A DNA stretch of 64,000 nt from Octopus sinensis (GCF_006345805.1 NC_042997.1:166160001-166224000), one strand, 5' to 3'. Shown: positions 1 through 11,073, counted from the stretch's first letter. The notes: generated by a model not told the origin, from the sequence alone. Numbers and translations are program-made.

Positions 1-399
1 ATAAAGCTAATATCACTCTTGGGATATTTATTTTAAAGAAATTTAATCACACGATTCTCACCCTCTTCTTTTCTCTCTCTCTCTCTCTTTGTCTTTCTCT
101 TTCTCGCTCTAATATATACAAACTATCTTTCGTTTACTCTTTGCTTCAACGGAAATTTCCAGCAAATAAATGAAAATAACTCGTTGCGATACCGTTTACT
201 CCTATGATCTATGATCTGCACTGTCTTCTTTATATTCCGACCCAGAAATATACAAGCATCTTTTAACCTTTAAGGCCTAGTCAAGAACTGATTTTTTATT
301 CCTTTTATTTTTCTGTAACTCAATCAGAAAGGAGAGACATTACTCATAACTTCTACAGATTACTCAGGTAGATGGAATTGATATAGTTAATGTTCAATT

Positions 400-1190
400 C
401 GAAAAATCTGTAAATTCACGTCAGCGAGGAAAACACGATAGAAAATGTGATAGGAATAGTTGTTAAAAATCAGGAATGCATTGCCAGGGAGTTGCAGTTC
501 TGGTGAGAAGAAGGTTTGAGTAAGTGATTAATGCGCGGTCTTGTAGGGGACACAGAACAAGCGATGATAGAATGAGAGATGGACGAGTGTGTTTAGTGGT
601 ATGCAAAAAGCTAATTCAGAAGAGACCGTTATAGCTGCAACAGAATAAGCAGAGTAAGTTGTAGCGTGTTGAGTGATTCTCTAGCAAATCAGTCGGATAA
701 TGACAATCGTTTTGATACCGTCTTGGATGGTTGTGTCAGTAACAGTAGCAATTAAAAAGAAAGCTGGTTCTGAAGGTAAAGTTTTTGCTTTACGAAAGTG
801 ACATCACTAACAAAGAGCATCAACGTTTATGAGACCAGACATTTTTTACCGATTTTGAAGGTTTTAACAGCGTTTTACGAAGACCAGGGCGAGTGAGGTG
901 CATGATTGTTCCTTTAATATAATGCGTTTTTTGTGCTGTTGAATGAGAGCTAATTGTTGTGTCCGCTATTGGAGAATCCTTTCGAGGTTTATGTTTGTTG
1001 GGCAGCGCAGGTTTGATGTGAGATGTCTAAGTTGCTTTGGCTTGACATCTGCATGCACAAAATTATTAAGAGTTATAGACAGTAAAGCCACGAAAATGAA
1101 GGGTTTCAGAACGAATTAGATAACTGTCCAATCGTTCTTTGTATTAGAATTAGAAGTTACTTCTCATTCAAATCATACGGTCTTAAGAAG
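400..1190 (-). mobile_element. Degraded L2/Jockey-group LINE, 3' part of RT ORF
   Basis: Minus-strand translation across frameshifts gives YNGL..SELA and PRINHYSQTFF.RTA..W, typical of the C-terminal region after RT in L2/Jockey-like LINEs; many stops. Confidence 0.5.
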
Positions 1191-1726
1191 ACTTAGAAAT
1201 ATTAAGCAATAACAACGATGATAACAGCAACAACAGCATAGTAATTACACTTGCTGACTCAATGCTTTTGCATGTTGGTTTTGGGTGTGTTGCTTTTATT
1301 TAATCTCAAATCAGTCTGGATCTAACAGGCATATTATCAAAGATATTCCTTCTATATGTGACTATCGCGTCTTTTCTTTTACAGGAATAATATACCCAAA
1401 ACTATACAAGTTGCGTTCAAAAATTTTCCGACTTTATTTTTTCCTGTCAAAACTAATGCCGCGTGGGGAAAATCCTTTGGTTGGAGGATGACACCACCCT
1501 TCCTGCGCAAACGTGAAAATGTTTGTACCGGTAGGCGGCGTCAGTTCCCAGCTGTTACGCCCAGAGTGCAGACAAATACTTTTTGAACTCACCTCGTATT
1601 ATCCAATGCGTCTTTTTTTAAGATGCAAGGTTGTCATTTCAGATTTGCTTCACTGCTATTTTTAGTAGAGCTTGCAATCACATAGAAGTCCTTCATTAGT
1701 ACATTTGGCTTATTGTTGTTGCTGAT

Positions 1727-2093
1727 TGTTTGTTTGTTTGTTTGTTGAGCGAAGCGGTCTTCGTCCCAGAGTGGGAGAAGTCCGAAACGTGGTCCTTTGC
1801 TATTCGTAAGACCCGCAGAAGAGAAAGCAGGTCAACCCCCGACACCGAGAGCATCGACGGATGGATGAATGTGCATCCAGGCTCAGCGGTTGCGTAGGAA
1901 GTCGAGGATAAGAAACAGGAAGAAAGAGTGGGAGAAAGTTGGGAGCGAAAGAGTACAACAGGGCTCGCCACCACTCCCTGCCGGAGCCTCGTGGAGCTTT
2001 AGGTGTTTTCGCTCAATAAACACACACAAATCGAAACCGCGATCCTCCGACCGCGAGTCCGCTGCCCTAACCACTGGGCCGTTGCGCCTCCAC
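1727..2093 (-). mobile_element. tRNA-derived SINE, family C (Arg-like head)
   Basis: Minus head GTGGAGGCGCAACGGCCCAGTGGTTAGGGCAGCGGACTCGCGGTC..GCGGTTTCGATT has A- and B-box-like motifs and a TCG anticodon-like position; the body ends in an (AAAC)n tail at 1727-1745. Confidence 0.7.
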
Positions 2094-2690
2094 TGTTGTT
2101 GCTGATCTTGTTGTTTAGCAGTATATCGGCCCTTACTCGGGAGACAATTCATCAAAAATGTTGCGGAAGAAAGCTCCTTCTTTCGACACTTTTCTTCAAG
2201 CAAATAAATTGTAATTTAAGGGAGATATGCCTGCTATTTCAAATAGATAAAGCAACTTCGATGTCTGGTGGGTGAACGTATGTGTATTGTGTATTTGTTT
2301 GTATATTTTTTATATGTTTGCATTTGTATGTGTGTTTGTAAGTGCGTATGCGCGTTTTCATTCTTTTTTAAATATTCAGGTAGTTGTGATGACCTAATAT
2401 AAATTACCACCTCCTACAAGAAGTCATTCAGAACAAAACACCGAGCTAACTTTGATGTGTGCAATTATTTTAAATTTTTCACTATATTACAGTAAATATA
2501 GAGAAATGCTGCTGTAAAAGTAACAAGCGAAATTTCTCTTTCAAAGAATTACTACTATCGGAAATGTGAAGAATTTTTGTTATTCTTCAACTTCCTGCTT
2601 CACTATGTGAGGAGGATGCTTGATGTTTGAACCTAAAATACTTGTTTACTTCTTCGGTATATCGTGGTTATCTTGTTCCGTCACATCTGT

Positions 2691-2734
<44 letters not shown>

Positions 2735-2739
<5 letters not shown>

Positions 2740-5385
2740 TCAATATAGGGTGGCAAAAAATTTTGTAGAATTAAATCAAGCCAATCTTCCATAGGCCCTT
2801 AGAATCATCAGTAAGAAATAGCCAAGCCGGAACAGATATTTTCACGAGGCATTTCCGACCCTGCCTCGGCAATATCTGACCTAAAATTTTCAAATCATCG
2901 CACTCGCGCCAAATTTATCGGCAGCAAATAAATATAAGCCGCCGATTCCATTACGGAATTAACCAGAAAATTCATAATTAATCAATATAGGGTGGCAAAA
3001 AATTTTGTAGAATTTTTTTTTTGCCACCAGCGGCCTAGTGGGAAAAAATTAAATAGTCATAGACCATTTTTAAGTTCAACATCACAATCAAGGAACGGCC
3101 ATAATAGGCCATTCACCCACTAGAAATAACAGCCAAAGCTTCAACCGCAAATAAACATCAATTCCGTAAACCAGGAGAAAATTAAAAAACATTTACCCTG
3201 TAATTTCTTATACGATGCACCGTTTCATCTACTGTTTAATGGTAAACTAACCTGATTAAATTAAATCAAGCCAATCTTCCATAGGCCCTTAGAATCATCA
3301 GTAAGAAATAGCCAAGTCGGAACAGATATTTTCACGAGGCATTTCCGACCCGCCTCGGCAATATCTGACCTAAAATTTTCAAATCATCGCACTCGCGCCA
3401 AATTTATCGGCAGCAAATAAATATAAGCCACCGATTCCATTACGGAATTAACCAGAAAATTCATAATTAATCAATATAGGGTGGCAAAAAATTTTGTAGA
3501 ATTAAATCAAGCCAATCTTCCATAGGCTTAGAATCATCAGTAAGAAATAGCCAAGTCGGAACAGATATTTTCACGAGGCATTTCCGACCCTGCCTCGGCA
3601 ATATCTGACCTAAAATTTTCAAATCATCGCACTCGCGCCAAATTTATCGGCAGCAAATAAATATAAGCCACCGATTCCATTACGGAATAACCAGAAAATT
3701 CATAATTAATCAATATAGGGTGGCAAAAAATTTTGTAGAATTTTTTTTGCCACCAGCGGCCTCGTGGGGGAAAAAATTAAATAGTCATAGACCATTTTTA
3801 AGTTCAACATCACAATCAAGGAACGGCCATAATAGGCCATTCACCCACTAGAAATAACAGCCAAAGCTTCAACCGCAAATAAACATCAATTCCGTAAACC
3901 AGGAGAAAATTAAAAAACATTTACTCCTGTAATTTCTATACGAGGCACCGTTTCATCTATGTTTAATGGTAAACTAACCTGATTAAATTAAATCAAGCCA
4001 ATCTTCCATAGGCCCTTAGAATCATCAGTAAGAAATAGCCAAGTCGGAACAGATATTTTCACGAGGCATTTCCGACCCTGCCTCGGCAATATCTGACCTA
4101 AAATTTTCAAATCATCGCACTCGCGCCAAATTTATCGGCAGCAAATAAATATAAGCCACCGATTCCATTACGGAATTAACCAGAAAATTCATAATTAATC
4201 AATATAGGGTGGCAAAAAATTTTGTAGAATTTTTTTTGCCACCAGCGGCCTCGTGGGAAAAAATTAAATAGTCATAGACCATTTTTAAGTTCAACATCAC
4301 AATCAAGGAACGGCCATAATAGGCCATTCACCCACTAGAAATAACAGCCAAAGCTTCAAAACGCAAATAAACATCAATCCGTAAACCAGGAGAAAATTAA
4401 AAAACATTTCCCTGTAATTTTTATACGATGCACCGTTTCATCTACTGTTAATGGTAAACTAACCTGATTAAATTAAACAAGCCAATCTTCCATAGGCCCT
4501 TAAATCATCAGTAAGAAATAGCCAAGTCGGAACAGTATTTTCACGAGGATTTCCGACCCTGCCTCGGCAAATCTGGACCTAAAATTTTCAATCATCGCAC
4601 TCGCGCCAAATTTATCGGCAGCAAATAAATATAAGGGTCGGAAATGCCTCGTGAAAATATCTGTTCCGACTTGGCTATTTCTTACTGATGATTCTAAGGG
4701 CCTATGGAAGATTGGCTTGATTTAATTTAATCAGGTTAGTTACCATTAAACAGTAGATGAAACGGTGCATCGTATAAGAAATTACAGGGTAAATGTTTTT
4801 TAATTTTCTCCTGGTTTACGGAATTGATGTTTATTTGCGGTTGAAGCTTTGGCTGTTATTTCTAGTGGTGAATGGCCTATTATGGCCGTTCCTTGATTGT
4901 GAGTTGAACTTAAAAATGGTCTATGACTATTTAATTTTTTCCCACTAGGCCGCTGGTGGCAAAAAAAAAAATCTACAAAATTTTTTGCCACCCTATATTG
5001 ATTAATTATGAATTTTCTGGTTAATTCGTAATGGAATCGGCGGCTTATATTTATTTGCTGCCGATAAATTTGGCGCGAGTGCGATGATTTGAAAATTTTA
5101 GGTTAGATATTGCCGAGGCAGGGTCGGAAATGCCTCGTGAAAATATCTGTTCCGACTTGGCTATTTCTTACTGATGATTCTAAGGGCCTATGAGATTGGC
5201 TTGATTTAATTTAATCAGGTTAGTTTACCATTAAACAGTAGATGAAACGTGCATCGTATAAGAAATTACAGGGTAAATGTTTTTTAATTTTCACCTGGTT
5301 TACGGAATTGATGTTATTTGCGGTTGAAGCTTTGGCTGTTATTTCTAGTGGGTGAATGGCCTATTATGGCCGTTCCTTGATTGTG

Positions 5386-5386
<1 letters not shown>
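2735..5386. repeat. Satellite of ~487-bp period (A+B subunits) with an internal fold-back inversion, flanked by (TA)n
   Basis: AATTAAATCAAG unit starts at 2769, 3259, 3500, 3986 and 4471 (periods 490, 241, 486, 485). From 4635 to 5386 the same unit runs in reverse complement. (TA)n at 2691-2735 and 5386-5464. Confidence 0.95.
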
Positions 5387-5467
<81 letters not shown>

Positions 5468-5556
5468 AGGAAAAAAAATTTTTTAAAAATGCAGAATGCT
5501 CAAATGAAAAAAAATTTTAATAAAATGAGAAAATGATAAAATATATAATATATATT

Positions 5557-5597
5557 TATTCAACCGGTTTTCGTCATTGTATGACTTGTCAAGAATA
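5557..5597 (-). ncRNA. Minimal type I hammerhead ribozyme motif (U3/A8 variant)
   Basis: Minus strand reads TATTC-TTGACAA-GTCA-TACAA-TGAC-GAAA(A)-CCGG-TT-GAATA: stem I TATTC/GAATA, stem II GTCA/TGAC, palindromic stem III ACCGGT. Confidence 0.65.
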
Positions 5598-6217
5598 TTT
5601 ATGTTTTAAGAAGTTTTTTTAAAAATAGAAAGGGGAAAAAAAGAAAATTGCATTGTTTTTTGTAAAAGAATAATGATAAAAATGTACAAAAATTAAAAAA
5701 TAAGTTCTCCGATACATTGTGAGTTCGTTGTGTATCTTGAGTTTTATGGTTGTTTACCAAAAAATTACCTTGAGGTGTTAAGATCCAAAGGGATTAAGAG
5801 CATGTGATGTGTTGTGTTGTTAAATTCAGCATGTTGCAGGACTGGAAGTAGTAGTAATTGTGGTCCTGGTTCTTCAGTTCCTGTGTTGTGAGTAAGGGGA
5901 GACAACTCTTTTGAGTTCTTCAATAAAACCCAAATTATAAAACTATCATTTTAGCTTCATTTGCATTATCTTTTTTATAAATGCTTGTTAACTTAACTTT
6001 CAGATTTTAACACTTTATTTATATTATTTTGTAATAATATAAATCTGCATAGACAATTGCATTTCAGATTGTCATATCATTTATAATAAAAATGATAGTA
6101 ATAACAACAATAGTAAAAATGATATTTAAATATTTAGCTTGAAGTGATGAATGCATGGTATCCTTATATATTTGTGTTAGTCCATCCATGAAGAATGAGG
6201 TAGAAAATGAAGTTTGA

Positions 6218-6658
6218 TCAACGAGGAGTTTGCATATTAAGTTGTGTTTGGAATTTTTCAATAAAGAGATTCTCCTTGTTAATTCTCTCCTGTGTGGTGA
6301 TCCCGTCTTTACATTGGTAGAAGGGGAATATATAGAATTTGGGGTTTAAGTCTTTTGCACATGAGTCTATGTGGTCACTCAGTGGAATTTGTCGGTATTC
6401 CGGGAGATTTATTTGTTCTTTATGCACCGTTACTCGTTTACGTAACGGGAGACTCGTTTGTCCAACATAATTATGTTGGCAACCAGCGCATGTGAGAACG
6501 TAGATAAGGTTCTCGGAGGAACAGGAGAAGTTAGTCTTGATTTTAAACTTCGTACCTTGTTTGAAGGTAAATTCAGAGCCTTCAAGTAGAAAGGGGCAGG
6601 TACCACAGTTTGAGCGTGCACATTTTTTTACTGTTGGGGGTAAACCTATAAAGAGCAT
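6218..6658 (-). CDS. GIY-YIG endonuclease domain of a Penelope-like retroelement (partial, uninterrupted 146 aa)
   Basis: CARSNCGTC Cys motif, LIYVLTCAGCQHNYVGQT (GIY..CxxC..YIG equivalent), LRKR..H, a conserved E (ERINKE) and terminal LN. Confidence 0.85.
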   Translation of the reverse strand: MLFIGLPPTVKKCARSNCGTCPFLLEGSEFTFKQGTKFKIKTNFSCSSENLIYVLTCAGCQHNYVGQTSLPLRKRVTVHKEQINLPEYRQIPLSDHIDSCAKDLNPKFYIFPFYQCKDGITTQERINKENLFIEKFQTQLNMQTPR

Positions 6659-6999
6659 TATGACAACTGTTTATATCATTCCAGTCTTTCTCTGGATGAA
6701 TTTTTGTCTGTGTGTGCACGCCCGTATGTTTGTTAGATACATATAAAATACAATTAAGATTCAGTTGAAATTGGTACTTAAATTGAGGCACCTTGTTCGG
6801 TCGATCTAATTTGCAAACACAAATAATATCAGGTAAATATAAAATTCTGTGTAGAAGTGTTTGTACTTGACAGTCTTGCAATGTATACAATTAACACGAC
6901 CCACCTTAGTGAAGAGAACCGCTTTTGATTGTTCAGACATGTACTTTATATAAAAATACTTTCTTTAATCTCCGAAGTGCAGATTCCAGGGCAGGTGAA

Positions 7000-8750
7000 T
7001 AAAATATAAACGAGTAACAAAGATGTACAGGTGTCAATTCATTACGACTGCTTCAAACGACTCCTTTAATTGATTAATGAAAGCATCATTGCAAATAAAC
7101 CGTTTTCCCCATATGACTGCATAAACTTCAAACAACACAAAGGATTAACCAACTGTTTTAACATATTCGTATCACCAGCCGGAGCTCAAATATTTACAAT
7201 CTATACTTTTTTCATAAAATTCACTGTATACAGTAATCTTATATTCCGATTTTTTTTATTTATACATTATATTCATTATGTGATTATAGGACTAAATTTG
7301 TTTAAATATTGTCTTTGAATGCACTCCTTTATCTCTCTCTATATAAAGCTGATGTTGTCTGTGCATGGCAGGTTTGGTAGCCTTCAAGTAACACTATCAC
7401 CTCCGAGACCCTGCGGCGTAAGTTGACAAAAATTGAGAGTATGATAGAAGAAGGCTTGCTCTTCATTCCGTAGAAGAAAAAATTCAAATCGGACCATGTT
7501 AACACCAAAAATTATTTACATTAAAAATGTGCTTTTTTTCTAAGAAAATCCACATTTTTTACGATTTTTTGACTGCTGTATCGCCATTTTTCAGTGTATT
7601 TCAACCAGAAAAATGTTCACTTAAAGCGAATAACAAGCTACTTAATGCAAAAGTTTTACATTTCAAAAATTCCAATTCTAAAGGATCGAAACAAACCCGA
7701 GCAACACCGGGCGATACTGCTAGTATATTTATATATTTATATCTCTTATTGACTTACCCTATGCTTTACATCTCATTTCTTACTATATCCTATCTTTACC
7801 CACCCATATTTGACGGGAATGGTTTTAATATCAATTTAATGTATACTATAAGTATCTATTCATATTATAAATAATTCCATTATACATTCATCATATAATA
7901 TTTTACCAGGGTATTCTATACACTGTATTTATGAAAAGTTCTAATAATTCTCTTAGGTTTTAAAGTATTCCCTTATTAATATTTTAAGTGCAACTTCTAG
8001 CCTTCATCTATATATTTAATTATATTTTGCTTTAACGTTATAAATATCCTAAGTTACAATGTGCTCCCTCCTTAATTTCTGAACTTTCTTTCACCCTTAA
8101 TTTCTAGTACTTATTCCTTCAGTTTTTCATTACGTTCCCCTTTAAGTTGAGAATCAAAATAAGTATTGTTAGCTTTTCATGTCCTTCTTTCTTACAAATA
8201 TCACCCCTTCACCATCAGGCATTCCCTTTTTTACTACCCCAAGTCTTACCCTTTGGTGTAGACAAAGCCGGATATAAGGTCCCGATGCTTAGATAGTCTA
8301 ATAGGCTGTCATGATATTAATTAATTTATTACCTTTGTCTAGAATATAGGTACAACTCCCAAAAGATTTAATTTTGTATGATTGAAGACTACATTCCCCC
8401 TATTGTCTTTGAAGTGTAGGTAACTACGTCACTATTCTCAACTATTACTTCCCCACTACCGCCATTATAACCTCTCCAAACCTCTAAATTCTTGTAGGTT
8501 CGACACTGCATAGACTATTTTCAAAAATTCATTCTGCCAAAGAAATAGCGACGGAATCAATGTAAATATTTTAGCTCCAGCTGGTGATACGAATATGTTA
8601 AGGCAGTTGGTCGGTCCTTTGTGTTGTCTGAAGTCTATACAGTCATATGGGGAAAGCGGTTTCTTTGCAATGCTGTAATGTTTCCATTATTTAATTAAAG
8701 AAGTCACTTGAAACGGCCGTACATTTTTGCTACTCATATATATGTATATA
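7000..8750. repeat. Pair of diverged inverted repeats (~7000-7230 vs ~8500-8750) of an unidentified family
   Basis: The reverse complement of 7070-7200 (TGTAAATATTTGAGCTCCGGCTGGTGATACGAATATGTTAAAACAGTTGG...) aligns by eye to 8560-8700 (TGTAAATATTTTAGCTCCAGCTGGTGATACGAATATGTTAAGGCAGTTGG...); homology runs up to the mariner insertion. Confidence 0.8.
7332..7723 (+). mobile_element. Non-autonomous Helitron
   Basis: 5' A|TC..TCTATATAAAGCTGA start; 3' subterminal hairpin CCCGAGCAACACCGGG followed by CTAG|T. Confidence 0.75.
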
Positions 8751-8752
8751 TA

Positions 8753-10028
8753 CGAGGGACGTTCAATAAGTAATGCCTCTGACCCACTTGCAGTTGTTTG
8801 ATCTAGCTGAAATTTTGCATGTGCAATTATTTATATCTCTATAGATTAAGTGGAAAATTACAGCTCTGAACTAATTGTGGTTTCTGATTTACAGGTGTTG
8901 GAACCGAGTCAAGTGTGAAATGGAGCCTGTTGAGTGTCAAGCAGTGATCCGGTTTTTGTATTTGAAAGGACGCACACCACAGGAGACTTTTGATGAAATG
9001 AAAATAACTTATGGTGAGGATGCCCCATCATATGACCTTGTAAAACGCTGGCATTGTGAATTCAAACATGGTCGGAACTCTGTGGAAACAGCTCCCAGAT
9101 CTGGTCACCCCCTTCTGCCATTGATGAGGCATCTGTCCAAGTTGAGGCTGCCATTTTGGAAGATCGACGCATAATTATTCGCCAAATAGCCCATGAGGTC
9201 AAGATTAGTACCGGGTCTGTGGAAACTATCATTCATGACCATTTGCATATGCAAAAGGTGTCTGCCAGATGGATTCCCAGGTTGCTCACGCCTTTCCAGA
9301 AGCAAGAACGCGTCGAGTGCTCGAGGGTGAATTTGGAGATGTGCCAAGAAGATGAATCAAAATTTTTCAAAAGACTGATTACACAGGATGAAACCTGGAT
9401 CCATCACGATGATCCAGAGACCAAAGCCCAGTCAATGCAGTGGAGGCACCGTGACTCACCCCCTCCAAAGAAAGCAAGGGTGCAGCCCTCCGCTGGCAAG
9501 GTCATGCTCACAGTCTTCTGGGACCAGGACGGAGTAGTGATGACAGATTTCCTGGCAAAGGGTACCACAATTGCAGGAGCCTATTATGCTTCACTTTTGA
9601 GGAAATTAAGAGAAGTTATCAAAATCAAGAGGCGGGGCAAGATCAGCAAAGGCATCCTCTTCCTGCAGGACAACGCTCCGGTCCACAACTCGCTTGTCGC
9701 CAGATCAGAAGCACAGGGACTCCTCCCCATCCTCCCTACTTTCCTGACCTTGCACCCTCTGATTTTCACCTCTTCCCAATCATGAAGTTGTTTTTGAAAG
9801 GAAAGCGTTTCCCAGATGATGCAGCCTTGATTTCTGAAGTCACGTTGAGGTTGGAGGACCAAGCTGGGTTCTTCTACAAAAACGGTCTCCAGAGCCGCAT
9901 CAAACGATGGGAGAAATGCGTATCTCTGGGTGGTTCCTATGTAGAAAAAGACTAATAACTGTGCCAAGTTTCGTTGCTCTACTGCTATGGGAAGTGGGTC
10001 AGGGACATTACTTATTGAACGCCCCTCG
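8753..10028 (+). mobile_element. Full-length mariner (DD34D) transposon, 1276 bp
   Basis: ~37-bp TIRs (CGAGGGACGTTCAATAAGTAATGCCTCTGACCCACTT / AAGTGGGTCAGGGACATTACTTATTGAACGCCCCTCG) with TA duplication on both sides. Confidence 0.95.
8920..9955 (+). pseudogene. Mariner transposase with two frameshifts (~9115, ~9720)
   Basis: MEPVECQAVIRFL HTH start, WIPRLLT, ITQDETWIHH, FLQDNAPVH, PPYFPDLAPSDFHLFP motifs; stop at 9953-9955. Confidence 0.9.
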
Positions 10029-10044
10029 TATATATATATTATTT

Positions 10045-10230
10045 GTTGAGCCATTAATCCCTACACAATCTTTTTCTCTTTCAGTTTTTTTTCCTCTTAA
10101 TTCTTTCTGTCGAAGAGCGTAGGCTCGAAACGTAAAAGACTTTTCCCATTCTTCCCGAGCATTAAACTAATACAACTGCTTGTTGTTCCTACACCTGTCT
10201 TCGTCTTTTTGTTCTTTGTAAATTTGAACT
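10045..10230 (+). mobile_element. Short hammerhead-bearing, (TA)n-tailed repeat (Penelope-tail-like), type X
   Basis: Pyrimidine-rich leader, hammerhead motif and GT-rich tail ending in TATATA; the 3' half recurs inverted at 51232-51347. Confidence 0.7.
10102..10139 (+). ncRNA. Minimal type I hammerhead motif (A6U core variant)
   Basis: TCTTT-CTGTCGA-A-GAGC-GTAG-GCTC-GAAA-CG-TA-AAAGA: 5-bp stem I, 4-bp stem II, ACGT palindromic stem III, GUA cleavage triplet. Confidence 0.65.
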
Positions 10231-10255
10231 ATATATATGTGTGTTGTGGTGTGTG

Positions 10256-10297
<42 letters not shown>

Positions 10298-10298
10298 C

Positions 10299-10331
<33 letters not shown>

Positions 10332-10334
10332 ACC

Positions 10335-10520
10335 GCGTGTGTATCGCTGGCGATTTTTTCCCTCCGTCTTCCCTTCCTTGGATCTTTCCTTTTTCTATGT
10401 TTCTGACGAAGAGCTCCGCTCAAAACGTTAATTCATACTTTCTTTCCTTTCCTGAGCGTCCAATAACACTATACTTGTTCCACGTCCTCGCGTTGTTGTG
10501 TTTTCATGTTGGATTAATTA
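10335..10520 (+). mobile_element. Short hammerhead-bearing, (TA)n-tailed repeat, type Y
   Basis: CTGACGA-A-GAGC-TCC-GCTC-AAAA-CG-TT at 10403-10429 (G12 mutated to A); tail CCACGTCCTCGCGTTGTT..TTGGATTAA(TA)n is shared with 46405-46572. Confidence 0.7.
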
Positions 10521-10554
10521 TATATATATATATATAATATATATATATATATAA

Positions 10555-10606
<52 letters not shown>

Positions 10607-10849
10607 TATATATATGTTGTGTTTTTTTGTGCTTTCTTGTTTGGATTAACTTTATATATATATACATACATATATATTGATGAAAACAGTTCAGTTCAAA
10701 CTAGCATCACGCTTGAAACTCAGAGTACCAAGGAGTTTGAATCAAACCGTTTTGATCCATGCATGTAACTCCCAATAATTGCGTTAAGTGTCCTTTCGTT
10801 TGTCTAATCACTCGTATATATATAAGCTTTCAAATTTTTAGCACAACAC

Positions 10850-11033
10850 CAACAATTCTGGGGGAGAGGTAAGTCGATTACATCGACTCCAGTGATCAAC
10901 TGGTGCTTATTTCACCGACTATGGAAGAATGAAAGGCAGTTAAACTCAGCAAGATTTGAACTCAGAGCTCAAAGACGGACGAAGTGACGACAAACATTTT
11001 ATCCGGCGTGCTAACGATTCTGCCAGGTCTCCT
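10850..11033 (-). mobile_element. tRNA-derived SINE family A (diverged)
   Basis: The reverse complement matches the AAGGCGGCGAGCTGGCAGAA head and GTCGATGTAATCGACT core of the copies at 24429 and 43326. Confidence 0.75.
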
Positions 11034-11073
11034 TGTGTGTGTCTGTGTTAGATATTAAAATGGCAAGGGAGCC

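Larger units (their letters stand above)
5540..6660 (-). mobile_element. 5'-truncated Penelope-like element (Neptune-type Cys-rich linker plus GIY-YIG, 3' UTR, hammerhead motif)
   Basis: GIY-YIG ORF 6658-6218, then ~620 bp of UTR, then a hammerhead-like motif at 5597-5557 close to a (TA)n array. Confidence 0.8.

Noticed and set aside
2735-5386. Satellite as a CRISPR-like array or ribozyme array (CTGATGA at 4685-4691)
   Set aside because: Units are wholly repeated with no unique spacers, and CTGATGA is not followed by a stem II plus GAAA.
10676-10712. Possible decayed hammerhead TTGATGA-AAAC-AGTTCA-GTT-CAAA-CTAG
   Set aside because: G12 is missing, stem II is only 3 bp and there is no convincing stem I.
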